Of a DNA stretch of 64,000 bases, positions 11,002 through 21,533 are shown one piece after another. The notes under the pieces were generated by a model, which saw nothing but the letters and a program-made list of their open reading frames with translations, searched no databases and was not told where the DNA came from. The stretch is from contig CAVUZH010000013.1 in NCBI GenBank assembly GCA_963745835.1, forward strand, positions 480,001 to 544,000. Direction: 5' to 3'. A program made the position numbers and the translations under genes. Position 1 is the first letter of the stretch; the number at the start of each line of letters is the position of its first letter. The DNA is from an uncultured delta proteobacterium. Lineage in GTDB: Bacteria > Desulfobacterota > Binatia > UBA9968.

Positions 11002-11071
11002 GATTGGAACTGTTGGAACGCTGGAACGTAACGCCGCAAATTGCAAACGTTAAAATCGTTCGAGACGGTCC
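11002..11071. repeat. T(T/G)GAAC short-period repeat element, degenerate inverted arrangement
   Basis: gattggaac-tgttggaac-gctggaacg, then an eroded opposite-strand arm cgttaaaatcgttcgagacggtcc. Confidence 0.55.
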
Positions 11072-11104
11072 GGCTCTAATCGCACCGGCGGCTAACTGAT
11101 ACTC

Positions 11105-12784
11105 ATGGTCGATCCGATCACTCTCCAAGTCATCCAGGCGCGGCTTGCAGGCATCGTTCAGGAGATGCAAAATTCGCTGTTTCGGACCGGTTATTCCACC
11201 ATCATCCGCGAGTCACAAGACGCCAGTTGCGCGGTCTTAAATCGCCAGGGCGAAGTGGTCGCGCAACATGTTGTGCTGCCGCTTCACATGGGCGCGTTTC
11301 CAGCTTGCGCCGAAGCAATATTAAAGACCTATGCGCCCGCTGAGATTCAGGAGGGGGACGCCTACATCACCAACCACCCCTATCTCGGCGGTAGCCCGCA
11401 TGCCCCGGATATGGGCGTGTTCACGCCGATTTTTTATAAGGGAGAATGGGTCGGCTTTACCGCGAATATGGCGCATAAGAGCGACATCGGCGGGACGGTG
11501 CCGGGAAGCGGTTCCGGCAGTGCGCGTGAAATCTACCAAGAGGGGCTTCATCTGCCGCCGATAAAGTTGATGTCGCGGCTGCGGTCGATCCAAGAGATCG
11601 AGGCCATAATCGCTGCCAACAGCCGTACTCCCGGGGTGGTCATTGGCGATTTGCGCGGCCAAGTCGGAGCAGCCCGCCTGGGTGAGCGCAGAATCGCCGA
11701 GCTCATGGAGCGTTACGGCAAACAAACCATACTGGACTGTACCGCCGTCCTTTCATCGAACACAGAAAAGCGCGTTCGCCAGGCGATCGAAAGATGGCCT
11801 GACGGCGAATCCCAAGGCGAAAGCTTTGTCGATCACGACGGCATCGATTTAACCCGTCCGATCCGCATTCATGTGAAAGTAAAAAAGACCGGCGATAGGA
11901 TTCACTTCGATTTCAGCGGCAGCAGCGATCAAACTCAGGGTCCGGCCAATATACGGCCGCCGCTTGTGCGCGCCGCATGCGTCTACTGTCTGGTGGCGCT
12001 GGTTGACCGTTTTTTGCCGATCAATCAGGGTCTCACGCGAGTGGTGGAGACAACATTTCGCGCCGGCAGTGTCGTCGATCCCTACTTCCCCGCATCGGTG
12101 AACACCTACATGCCGACCGCGTTGACAGTGGCCGAAGCCGTCCTTAGGGCGCTGGCGGCATTCGTTCCCGAAAAGCGGATTTCGGGCGGATCGGGAAGCG
12201 CCGCGCTGGTGCTAGGCGGGCGCGATGCTCAGACCCAGCGGTCCTACGTACACTACGAGATCTTCAGCGGCGGCACCGGAGCGCGCTGGAGCAAAGACGG
12301 CGTATCCGCAACGGCATTTCACCTGAGCAACTGCAAGACCGCGCCTGTCGAAATCATCGAATCGGAGTTTCCCACCCGCGTCGAGCGATTTGAAATGATA
12401 CCGGACTCAGGCGGCGCCGGCCGATGGCGCGGCGGTTTGGGCTTTGCGCGCGACTATCGGATCCTAACCGACGAGGTTCGCTTTTCAATGCGCACCGACA
12501 AACATGCCATAGCGCCCTTCGGCAGCGACAACGGATTGTCCGGCGCCCAGGGCTCCTGCATCGTCAATCCCGATACCGATAAAGAAACGCGCTTGCCATC
12601 ACGCTTTGGCGATCAGAGGCTCAACAACGGGGATCTCTTGCGGGTCGAGCGTCCCGGCGGCGGCGGACTCGGAAATCCCTTGGATCGCGCAGCCGAACAA
12701 GTACTGGAAGACGTGCGCCAAGGTTATGTGTCAGTCGAGCGCGCTAAGTCCGACTACAAGGTGGTCGATCAGTTACAGCGATAG
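11105..12784 (+). CDS. Hydantoinase B/oxoprolinase family subunit, copy 2
   Basis: Same motifs as 9225-10973; the first ~65 aa are nearly identical to copy 1. Confidence 0.92.
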   Translation: MVDPITLQVIQARLAGIVQEMQNSLFRTGYSTIIRESQDASCAVLNRQGEVVAQHVVLPLHMGAFPACAEAILKTYAPAEIQEGDAYITNHPYLGGSPHAPDMGVFTPIFYKGEWVGFTANMAHKSDIGGTVPGSGSGSAREIYQEGLHLPPIKLMSRLRSIQEIEAIIAANSRTPGVVIGDLRGQVGAARLGERRIAELMERYGKQTILDCTAVLSSNTEKRVRQAIERWPDGESQGESFVDHDGIDLTRPIRIHVKVKKTGDRIHFDFSGSSDQTQGPANIRPPLVRAACVYCLVALVDRFLPINQGLTRVVETTFRAGSVVDPYFPASVNTYMPTALTVAEAVLRALAAFVPEKRISGGSGSAALVLGGRDAQTQRSYVHYEIFSGGTGARWSKDGVSATAFHLSNCKTAPVEIIESEFPTRVERFEMIPDSGGAGRWRGGLGFARDYRILTDEVRFSMRTDKHAIAPFGSDNGLSGAQGSCIVNPDTDKETRLPSRFGDQRLNNGDLLRVERPGGGGLGNPLDRAAEQVLEDVRQGYVSVERAKSDYKVVDQLQR

Positions 12785-12911
12785 CCGAGCCCTGCTTAGA
12801 TCGGGGCGAAACAGCAAGTTCTTCGAGGGAAATTGTAAAAAAATAAGTAGCAAAAATGGTCGGGCCTCTGGTATAAGCACTTTAATACGTGCGCCCCTTG
12901 AAGGAGGAAAA

Positions 12912-13187
12912 ATGGCGACAGCAAAGAAAAAGACCCGCAAACCGAATGCAGCGTTTATGAAACCCGTACAACCGGATGCAGCATTGAGCACGGTCGTCGG
13001 GACAAAAGCTATCCCTCGCACCGAGGTAACCAAAAAGCTTTGGGCCTATATTAAGAAGAATGGGCTCCAAGACAAAAAGAAAAAAACCAATATCAACGCC
13101 GACGACAATCTTAAGGTTGTTTTCGGTGGTAAGAAGCAAGTCACGATGTTTGAGATGACCAAGCTGGTCAGCAAACACCTCAAGTAA
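12912..13187 (+). CDS. SWIB/MDM2 domain protein
   Basis: RBS aaggagg before ATG 12912; AFMKPVQPDAALSTVVG...RTEVTKKLWAYIKKNGLQD...INADDNLKVVFGGKKQVTMFEMTKLVSKHL. Confidence 0.92.
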   Translation: MATAKKKTRKPNAAFMKPVQPDAALSTVVGTKAIPRTEVTKKLWAYIKKNGLQDKKKKTNINADDNLKVVFGGKKQVTMFEMTKLVSKHLK

Positions 13188-13221
13188 ACAGTCCCTCCTT
13201 ATTTCGCAAGAACATAGTTCG

Positions 13222-13264
13222 CAGTGATTAAGATCGGTGATTTTTTCATCGATCTTGATCACTG
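13222..13264. terminator. Long hairpin between the convergent SWIB and purF genes (candidate terminator)
   Basis: cagtgattaagatcggtga-ttttt-tcatcgatcttgatcactg: 19-bp stem with two G-U pairs in the + transcript; no classical U-tract. Confidence 0.55.
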
Positions 13265-13517
13265 ATCGAATGCTGCGGCTTCCTGGTTTCGGCTAACGAC
13301 CTAATGGGCCGAGACTGACTGTTGTCTGTTTTCAGGCAACCTGATCATCAGCTCCCCGCTGTCATCTACAGCAGAGCCTTCTTTGTCTTCTGGGAATAGC
13401 AAAGCATCACGATCATCTAACAGGCTTCGCGCAACTCTCTCAGCGAGGTCACTTATCAAGGCGACTCGGCGGATTCGCTCGCTAAGGCGACCGAGATGCA
13501 CGGAAACAGCCTTATCG

Positions 13518-14946
13518 TTATGACCGATGCTGTAGCGCATCGAACAGGTGAAGTTGGCGTGTGTGCCCTTCATCTTCGAAATGAACGGGATAGTTGCCGC
13601 TGAAACACGCGTCGCAGAAACCCTGCCGGTTTCCATCGAAATATTCATACATGCCTTCATTGCTGAGATAGGCGAGAGTGTCGGCTTCGATAAAGCGGCG
13701 GATCTCTTCCAGTGAACTGGATGATGCAATCAGTTCGGTACGGGTCGGCGTGTCGATACCGTAGTAACACGGACCGGTCGTAGCCGGTGAACTGATGCGC
13801 ATGTGAACTTCTTTTGCGCCGGCATCGCGCAGCATGCGAATGATCTTTCGGCTTGTCGTGCCGCGCACGATGGAATCATCAACTACAATGACGCGCTTGC
13901 CGTTAAGAACTTCCCGCTGAGCGTTGAGTTTTATTTTCACCCCGAAATGACGAATGGTTTGCTGCGGCTCGATAAACGTTCGGCCGACATAATGGTTACG
14001 AATCAAGCCGAACTCGAGCGGAATCTTCGATTCCTCGGCATAGCCGATCGCCGCGGGCACACCGGAGTCGGGCACCGGTGTTACGAGATCCGCGTTGACA
14101 GCACTCTCCTTCGCCAGTTGGCGACCCATAGATTTCCGCACATTGTAAACATTGTGACCGTACAGCGGTGCTGTCCGGCCGTGCGAAGTAAATGTATTCG
14201 AAAATGCATTTGGCGTGGGGCACCGGCGGAAATGGCTTTAGCGATTCCATCCCGGCCGGACCGAAAGTAATGATCTCCCCGGGTTCGACCTCGCGCACAT
14301 AGTCCGCCTCGATTAAATCCAGCGCGCAAGTTTCCGAGGCGACGACATAGGATCCACTATTCGGTCCCTCGCGAAATTTTCCTAGAACCAGCGGTCGGAA
14401 GCCATACGGGTCCCGGGCGGCAATCATCCGATCCGGCGTAATGAAGAGCAACGAATAGGCGCCCCGCACGCGGCTGAGCGCTTCAACGATCCGTCCCATG
14501 AGCGAAATCTCTTTGGAGGTGGCGATCAAATGAATAATCACTTCGGTATCGGAAGTCGACTGGAATATCGAGCCTGAGCGTTCGAGCTCATCACGCAAAA
14601 TCGCGCCATTAACCAAGTTGCCGTTATGCGCGATGGCGATGGGGCCCTGCGAATACTCAACGACAAAGGGCTGCGCGTTTTTAAGATGACTTTGGCCTTG
14701 AGTGGAGTAGCGATTGTGGCCTATGGCGCTTTGGCCTTCCAAGCGCTTGATGACATCTTCCTTGAAGACATCGGCGACCAGACCCATTTGCCTGTGTGAA
14801 ATCAGCGCCTTGCCATCTGAAGACACGATACCGCACGACTCCTGACCACGATGTTGCAGCGCATAAAGACCGAGATAGACCATGTTGGCGGCTTCCGGGT
14901 GGCCATAGACGCCCATCACCGCACATTCGTCGTGAAATTTATCCAT
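13518..14946 (-). CDS. purF: Amidophosphoribosyltransferase, split by one +1 frameshift near 14167
   Basis: [43 protein letters not shown] in one frame; VPDSG and [11 protein letters not shown] in the next. Removing one base restores [17 protein letters not shown]. Confidence 0.9.
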
Positions 14947-15022
14947 CAATCCTCGAACAATCCTCGATAGCGTGAAATTCCGGGCTTTTATAACAGTTCG
15001 ACAGCCGCAGTCGCCGAGCCGC

Positions 15023-17255
15023 TTACTTAAGCCGATCGGCTCAGCGTTGACGACCAAATCACCTGCAGCTCATCCACGGGCAATTGCAAAATCGGTTGAA
15101 TGGAAAATCGCGAACCGCCGACTGCGCCGATGACCTGGAGCGGCACGCCATGCCCGGAGGCAATTTCTTGCAGCTGGCTTAAATCCTTCTCCTGCAAGGA
15201 CACCAGAATCCGCGACTGAGATTCGCTAAACAGTAAAGCGTCGCCGCGGATCATTTCACGCATCTCGAGCTCTAACTCCCAAGGGTTTATCCGGACCGCC
15301 GATACAGCACTCCGCCAATGCTACAGCCAAGCCACCGTCGGATATATCGTGCGCCGAACGGAGGATGCCGCTTTCAATAGCTTCGATACAACAGTTCTGG
15401 ATAGCCTGCTCCAGCTTGAGATCGATCCAAGGCGGTGTGCCTTTAACGATATGATGAATAAGCTTTGAGGTATTCACTACCACCGAGCTCTTCACGCGTG
15501 CGGCCTAGCAGCACCACGATATCACCAGCTGCTTTAAACCAGGGAGTTATGACTCGGTTAACCTTTGGCAGAAGACCGACCATCCCGATGGTTGGCGTTG
15601 GGTAAATGGGAATCCCGTCCGTTTCATTATAGAAACTTACATTACCGCTCACAACCGGCACTTTGAGCGCAACACAGGCGTCGCGCATGCCTTGAATAAC
15701 GCGCGCAAACTGCCACATGACCGCTCGGATTCTCGGGACTGCCAAAGTTTAGACAATCGGTGAGCCCGATCGGCCGGGCGCCGACACAGGCCAGGTTGCG
15801 CGCCGCCTCCGCCACGGCTAGAGCGCCGCCAACGTAGGGATCGAGAAAACAATAACGGCTGTTGCCGTCGACTGTCAGTGCGAGCCCTTTATCCGTCCCT
15901 TTGATGCGAACCACCGCCGCGTCGGCGCCGGGCGCCACAACGGTATTGCTGCGCACGTAACAATCGTATTGCCGATAAACCCATTCCTTAGAAGCAATAT
16001 TGGGCGCAGCCAGCATCAGCTTCAACGTCGCTCCGAGATCTCTCGGCTCTGCGATTGCCGACAAATCCAGTTGCTCGAGGGCGTCTTGACTCTTGGGCCG
16101 CTCGGCGGGCCGGTGATAAACCGGGGCCTCTTTGGTTAAGGCGCTGATCGGGATGCACGCGACTTCGACGCCATTGAACAGAGCGCGAAATCGGTTGTCG
16201 TTGGTCACCTGGCCGACGACCACCGCCTCAAGATCCCATTTGTCAAAAATTCGCTTGATCTCCGCTTCCGTACCCGCTTTGGCAACTAGAAGCATGCGTT
16301 CCTGCGACTCGGACAGCAAAATCTCGTACGGTGTCATTCCCTCTTCACGCAAAGGCACCGCCGATAGATCGAGCTCAATCCCGGCACCGCCGCGACCGGC
16401 CATTTCTGTCGATGAACTGGTCAATCCAGCGGCGCCCATATCTTGAATACCGATCAGGTAATCGTGCTCCATCAACTCCAAACACGCTTCCAAAAGAAGC
16501 TTTTCAGTGAATGGATCGCCGACTTGTACCGTGGGTCGCCGCTGCTCTTTTTCCTCGGAGAACGATTCAGAGGCCATGGTCGCGCCGTGAATGCCGTCGC
16601 GGCCGGTCTTGGAGCCGACATACATCACCGGGTTGCCGGAGCCCTTCGCCACCCCGGTGTGAATGCGCTTCTTCTTGGTGATTCCTAACGTGAACGCGTT
16701 GACCACAATGTTGGCGTCATAGCATTCGTCGAAGTAAACCTCGCCCCCTACGGTGGGCACGCCAATGCAGTTGCCATAGCCGCCGATGCCCGCCACCACG
16801 CCGGAAACTAAATACCGCGTGCGCGGATGATCGATGCGGCCAAACCGCAACGAATTCAATGAGGCGATGGGCCGGGCGCCCATGGTAAAAATGTCCCGCA
16901 AGATACCGCCGACTCCGGTAGCCGCCCCTTGATAGGGTTCAATAAAAGATGGATGGTTGTGGCTTTCCATCTTGAATGCCACTGCCAAACCATCGCCGAT
17001 ATCGACCACCCCGGCGTTTTCACCGGGCCCCTGCAGAACATGCGGCGCTTCAGTGGGCAGGCTCTTTAAGTATTGGCGCGAGCTCTTGTAGCTACAGTGC
17101 TCCGACCACATAACCGAGAACACGCCGAGTTCGGTATAGTTAGGTTCTCGTCCGAGAATCTGAATAATTTTCTGGTACTCATCCGGCGTGATTCCATGGC
17201 TCACAACCAGCTCAGCAGTAACCTGTGGCTGCTTAGAAACGCTCTGATCAACCAT
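15023..17255 (-). CDS. purL: Phosphoribosylformylglycinamidine synthase subunit PurL, split by +1 frameshifts near 15725, 15465, 15269 and possibly ~15040
   Basis: [34 protein letters not shown] | [11 protein letters not shown] | [10 protein letters not shown] | LFSESQSR spread over four consecutive ORFs. Confidence 0.9.
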
Positions 17256-17958
17256 GCGCGGCGCTCTTTGAATCGCAGGCGGCCGCAATCGAGGAGAAAA
17301 TCTTCAGTCCGTCATCGCTGCCGAGGAGCTTGTTGCAGGCATCTTCCGGATGGGGCATCAACCCGAAGACGTTGCGCCTTTCATTGCAGACGCCGGCGAT
17401 GTCATCCACCGAGCCATTGGGGTTGGCAGCCGGCGAAGTTTTTCCTTTCGCATTAACGTAGCGAAAGAGAACCTGGCGATTCCGCTGTAATCGCTCTAAA
17501 GTCAGTTCATCGGCGTGATAACGTCCTTCGCCGTGCTTGACCGGGATTTTTAGCAGCTGCCCTTTTTTTAGCTGAGAAGTAAACGGCGCGTCGGTCTCTT
17601 CCACCCGCAGCCAGGTTTGTTGACAAACGAACTTCAGGCCGGCATTGCGCACCAGCGCTCCGGGGAGCAGTCCCGCTTCACAGAGGATTTGGAAGCCGTT
17701 GCAAATGCCGAGCACGATGCCGCCTTCTTGAGCGAATTTCTCAACGCCGCGCATGATCGGTGAAAAACGCGCCACGGCGCCGCAGCGGAGATAATCGCCA
17801 TAGGAAAAGCCTCCCGGGAGCACCAGACAATCGAAATGTCCGGCAAGCTCATCCTTGTGCCAAAGAAACTTGACCTTCTGGCCCATCTCTCGTTTGAGAC
17901 TATCGAAAACATCCTGATCATCGCACGAGCCTGGAAAAACAATCACACCCCAACGCAC
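17248..17958 (-). CDS. purQ: FGAM synthase glutaminase subunit PurQ
   Basis: [51 protein letters not shown]. Confidence 0.95.
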   Translation of the reverse strand: MRWGVIVFPGSCDDQDVFDSLKREMGQKVKFLWHKDELAGHFDCLVLPGGFSYGDYLRCGAVARFSPIMRGVEKFAQEGGIVLGICNGFQILCEAGLLPGALVRNAGLKFVCQQTWLRVEETDAPFTSQLKKGQLLKIPVKHGEGRYHADELTLERLQRNRQVLFRYVNAKGKTSPAANPNGSVDDIAGVCNERRNVFGLMPHPEDACNKLLGSDDGLKIFSSIAAACDSKSAAHG

Positions 17959-18073
17959 ACTATCGCTCCTCTATTTCTAACTTTGAGACAATCGAAAACA
18001 TCCTGATCGTCGCACGAGCCGGGAAAAACAATCACGCCCCAACGCACGCTTCGCTCCCCTATTCCACTTTGAG
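17893..18073. repeat. Imperfect 89-bp tandem duplication of the purQ RBS and first ~22 codons
   Basis: Units 17893-17981 and 17982-18067; tttgag occurs at 17893, 17982 and 18068. Confidence 0.9.
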
Positions 18074-18105
18074 GCCCCGAACCATGCCGGTCGCCGCACG
18101 AACTA

Positions 18106-18351
18106 TCAGCCTTCAGATATTTCATAATGGAAATTTTCTATGACCGGATTTGCCAGCAGCTTGTCGCACATCTCACGGATGCGACCTTCCGCGACTTCTC
18201 GCGAACAAGCCTGTAAATTGAGCTCGACAAATTTGCCGACTCTAACATCCTGAACCTCTTTGTAGCCCAACGTATGCAGCGACTGCTCGACGGCTTTACC
18301 TTGGGGATCGAGCACGCCGTTTTTTAGTGACACGAATATTTTGACCCGCAT
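18106..18351 (-). CDS. purS: FGAM synthase subunit PurS
   Basis: VSLKNGVLDPQGKAV...VRVGKFVEL...MCDKLLANPVIE; position between purB and purQ. Confidence 0.93.
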   Translation of the reverse strand: MRVKIFVSLKNGVLDPQGKAVEQSLHTLGYKEVQDVRVGKFVELNLQACSREVAEGRIREMCDKLLANPVIENFHYEISEG

Positions 18352-18385
18352 TAGCACCTTCGGCCGGTCTTCTCCGGCTATAAAT

Positions 18386-19678
18386 CTAACGGAATACCCT
18401 GCGAAAGATGAAGTCTACATTGGCAAGATGATGCTTTAAACCCCACACCGCTTCCACCTCCCGCGCCGACAGATAACTCGTGATCTCCCGGTCTTTTAGC
18501 AACTCGTCTTTTAGCTCACCACCATCTCTAGCGATTTTCAAGGCATGGCGTTGAACCATGCGGTAAGCCGCATCTCGAGAGACGCCCTTGTCGACCAGCG
18601 CGAGAAGCACTGCCTCGGAAAAAACCGCTCCACCGCTTTTTTCCAGGTTGCGTTTCATATTCTCCGGGTAGACACAGAGCTCTCCCAGCACATAGGTCAT
18701 GCGCCGCAACATAAAATCGATCGCGATCGTTGCATCCGGCGCAATCACTCGTTCCACCGAAGAGTGGCTGATATCTCGCTCATGCCAGAGCGCCACATTT
18801 TCCAACGCCGCTAATGCATAAGAACGCATCAGCCGCGCCAATCCTGTTACGTTCTCGGACAGAATCGGGTTGCGTTTGTGCGGCATGGCCGATGAGCCCT
18901 TCTGCCCTGCCGTAAAGGGTTCTTCGGCCTCCTGCACCTCGGTCCGCTGCAGGTGACGGATTTCAACAGCAAACTTTTCTAACGAACTGCCGATCACTGC
19001 CAATGTGGCGAAAAAGTACGCATGGCGGTCGCGCTGGATGATCTGATTGGATACCAATGCCGGTTTAAGTCCGCTCTTCTTACAAACATAGGCTTCAACT
19101 TTGGGAGAGATCTGGGCGAAGGTACCGACGGCCCCCGAAATCTGACCGACGCTAATATCTTCCACGGCTTTCCTCAGCCGAGCAAGATTCCTAGCCATCT
19201 CTTCATACCAAAGTGCAAACTTTAAGCCGAACGTGATCGGCTCCGCATGCACGCCATGGGTGCGGCCGATCATCACCGTTGATTTATACTTGTAGGCCTG
19301 GCGGCGTAGAACCTTCATCAAGCTCTGCACATCTTCGACTAAAATCGCCGAGGCTTCTCTGAGTTGAATCGCCAGAGCCGTATCCATCACATCGGATGAG
19401 GTCATACCGAGATGAAGAAAGCGCGCATCATCGCCGATGGATTCGGCCACAGAGCTTAAAAATGCGATGACTTCGTGCTTTACCTCGCGCTCGATCTCGC
19501 GAATACGCCCGACATCGAAGCGCGCGTTTTTCCTGATCCGGCTGATAGCTGCTTTTGGGACTTTGCCCATTTGGGCCAAGGCCTCAGCCGCCAGAATTTC
19601 GACGTCGAGCCATTTCTGAAAATTATTTTCTTCGGACCAGATGCGACCCATTTCCGGTCGCGTATAACGTGGGATCAT
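18386..19678 (-). CDS. purB: Adenylosuccinate lyase
   Basis: MIPRYTRPEM, HLGMTSSDV, GRTHGVHAEP, GSSAMPHKRNP, WHERDISHSSVER. Confidence 0.96.
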   Translation of the reverse strand: MIPRYTRPEMGRIWSEENNFQKWLDVEILAAEALAQMGKVPKAAISRIRKNARFDVGRIREIEREVKHEVIAFLSSVAESIGDDARFLHLGMTSSDVMDTALAIQLREASAILVEDVQSLMKVLRRQAYKYKSTVMIGRTHGVHAEPITFGLKFALWYEEMARNLARLRKAVEDISVGQISGAVGTFAQISPKVEAYVCKKSGLKPALVSNQIIQRDRHAYFFATLAVIGSSLEKFAVEIRHLQRTEVQEAEEPFTAGQKGSSAMPHKRNPILSENVTGLARLMRSYALAALENVALWHERDISHSSVERVIAPDATIAIDFMLRRMTYVLGELCVYPENMKRNLEKSGGAVFSEAVLLALVDKGVSRDAAYRMVQRHALKIARDGGELKDELLKDREITSYLSAREVEAVWGLKHHLANVDFIFRRVFR

Positions 19679-19743
19679 GTTCGGCAGTAAGCCTGTAGTT
19701 TGATTATCGGCTGATGGTGAATGGAGTGAAATGCGCCCGAGGC

Positions 19744-20208
19744 TCAACGTTTTCGGATCTCATCGGTATGGCCAAAACCTCCCGCCTGCCGCTCGGAACG
19801 AGGCAATTCGCCGACTTCCTGCCACAGCGCGCGCACAACCCGTTGAATTATCATTTGTGCGATCCTCTGTCCCGGCCGAATGATGATTGAGTCCGAACCC
19901 AAATTGATGGCGATGAGCTGGATTTCACCCCGGTAGTCCGCATCGATCGTTCCGGGGCTGTTGATTAGAGTCAGCCCTTCTTTTAAAGCAACCCCGCTAC
20001 GCGGGCGAATTTGCGCCTCGTATCCGAAAGGCAGCGCGATCGCAATTCCGGTCGGAATCAGCGTTCGCTGGAGAGGTCCCAATTGGATATCGTGAGATAG
20101 GTCGGCGCATAGATCCATGCCGGCCGCCCCTTCTGTCATATAAGCTGGCAGTGAAGCCGGCGCGCCGCCAGAACGCACTCGCTTGATCGCTATCTGAATC
20201 TCTTCCAC
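19744..20208 (-). CDS. dut: dUTP diphosphatase
   Basis: [39 protein letters not shown]. Confidence 0.96.
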   Translation of the reverse strand: MEEIQIAIKRVRSGGAPASLPAYMTEGAAGMDLCADLSHDIQLGPLQRTLIPTGIAIALPFGYEAQIRPRSGVALKEGLTLINSPGTIDADYRGEIQLIAINLGSDSIIIRPGQRIAQMIIQRVVRALWQEVGELPRSERQAGGFGHTDEIRKR

Positions 20209-20235
20209 GGCGCCCGAACTCCGATCGAGGAGTGA

Positions 20236-21510
20236 CTACCGACCGAGACCGAAGTTTTTGATTTTGAAATTTTCCTTGAAATCACCAAGCAGGGAAACTG
20301 CCATTGCCTCGGGCCGAAACAAGGCGCGCGCCAATTCGATGATTTCATCGCGGGTGACAGAACGAATACGTTGACAGATCTCATCTGTGGTGATCGATTT
20401 GCCGAAGTAAAGCTCATTGCGAGCGATATGACTCATCCACGAGTCCGTGGATTCCAGGCCCAGCATGATATTTCCCACCAGTTGCCCCCGGGTGCGGCGA
20501 ACCTCGTCTTCTTTAATCTCTCCGGCTGCCAGACATTTTAACTCCCTCAACACGAGATCGATGACTTCCTCAACCGCTTCTAAACTGGTCCCGGCATAGA
20601 TGCCGAGATAACCCGTATCACTGTAGGTGGACATGAAAGAATAAACGGAGTAGGCCTTGCCGCGCTTCTCACGAATCTCCTGAAACAACCGAGAACTCAT
20701 GCCGCCGCCGAGTATTGTGTTTAGGATATAGCCCGCATGTCGCTGCGGATGGGTCTGGTGAATACCAGGCATGCCTAAACATAGATGAACCTGTTCCAAA
20801 GGCTTAGCATGGGTAAAAAGGCCACTTTTGGTTTGCGGCAAGAGCTCGGCATCGACTCGACTTGGAAGCGCTGAAACAGACTGTTTTGCGCTGCCAAGTC
20901 GCGCATTCAACTCCTTCACCAGCTTTTCGTGTTGGAAGTGGCCGGCGGCTGCGACAACGACTCTGCTCGGATGATATCGTTCGTGAAAAAAATTGACGAA
21001 GTCTTCCCGACCAAACTTCGAGACAGTACCAACATGACCGGCAATCGGTCGGCCTAGTGGATGATTCTGGAAGAAATCCAAACTAAACAGATCGTGCACA
21101 TAGTCATCCGGAGTGTCTTCAGCCTGAGAAATCTCTTGAAGAATAACCGATCTTTCACGCTCGATTTCTTCGCCGTCAAAACTTGAATTGAGAAAAATAT
21201 CGGTCAGCAGATCGCTCGCCAGCGGCAGATCTTCGTCAAGCACCTTGGCGTAGTAGCAGGTGTGTTCCTTGGAAGTAAAGGCGTTAAGGAGGCCGCCCAC
21301 GGCATCCATTTCCTCGGCGATTTGCGCGGCGGTGCGTGTCGTCGTTCCCTTGAAAAGCAGATGCTCGATGAAATGGGAGATGCCGTTCTCATCCGGCAAC
21401 TCATGACGGGAGCCATTCTCAACCCAGATCCCCAAACTCACCGAACGGTGATCGGTCATCTCTTGAGAGACAACTCGGATGCCATTATCCAAAACGCTTT
21501 TAGCAAACAT
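20236..21510 (-). CDS. M16-family (pitrilysin-like) zinc peptidase
   Basis: HxxEH motif SHFIEHLLFKGT, NAFTSKE, GGGMSSRLFQEIRE; downstream of pnp. Confidence 0.93.
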   Translation of the reverse strand: MFAKSVLDNGIRVVSQEMTDHRSVSLGIWVENGSRHELPDENGISHFIEHLLFKGTTTRTAAQIAEEMDAVGGLLNAFTSKEHTCYYAKVLDEDLPLASDLLTDIFLNSSFDGEEIERERSVILQEISQAEDTPDDYVHDLFSLDFFQNHPLGRPIAGHVGTVSKFGREDFVNFFHERYHPSRVVVAAAGHFQHEKLVKELNARLGSAKQSVSALPSRVDAELLPQTKSGLFTHAKPLEQVHLCLGMPGIHQTHPQRHAGYILNTILGGGMSSRLFQEIREKRGKAYSVYSFMSTYSDTGYLGIYAGTSLEAVEEVIDLVLRELKCLAAGEIKEDEVRRTRGQLVGNIMLGLESTDSWMSHIARNELYFGKSITTDEICQRIRSVTRDEIIELARALFRPEAMAVSLLGDFKENFKIKNFGLGR

Positions 21511-21533
21511 AATAAAAGTACAAACCTGAAGGG

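Noticed and set aside
1-13187. SNF2 helicase plus SWIB protein as a bacterial chromatin-remodelling module
   Set aside because: They are 10 kb apart on opposite strands with unrelated genes between; both families are common independently.
13301-13729. 142-aa ORF overlapping the purF 3' end
   Set aside because: Alternative frame of purF plus intergenic sequence; no recognisable motif or RBS.
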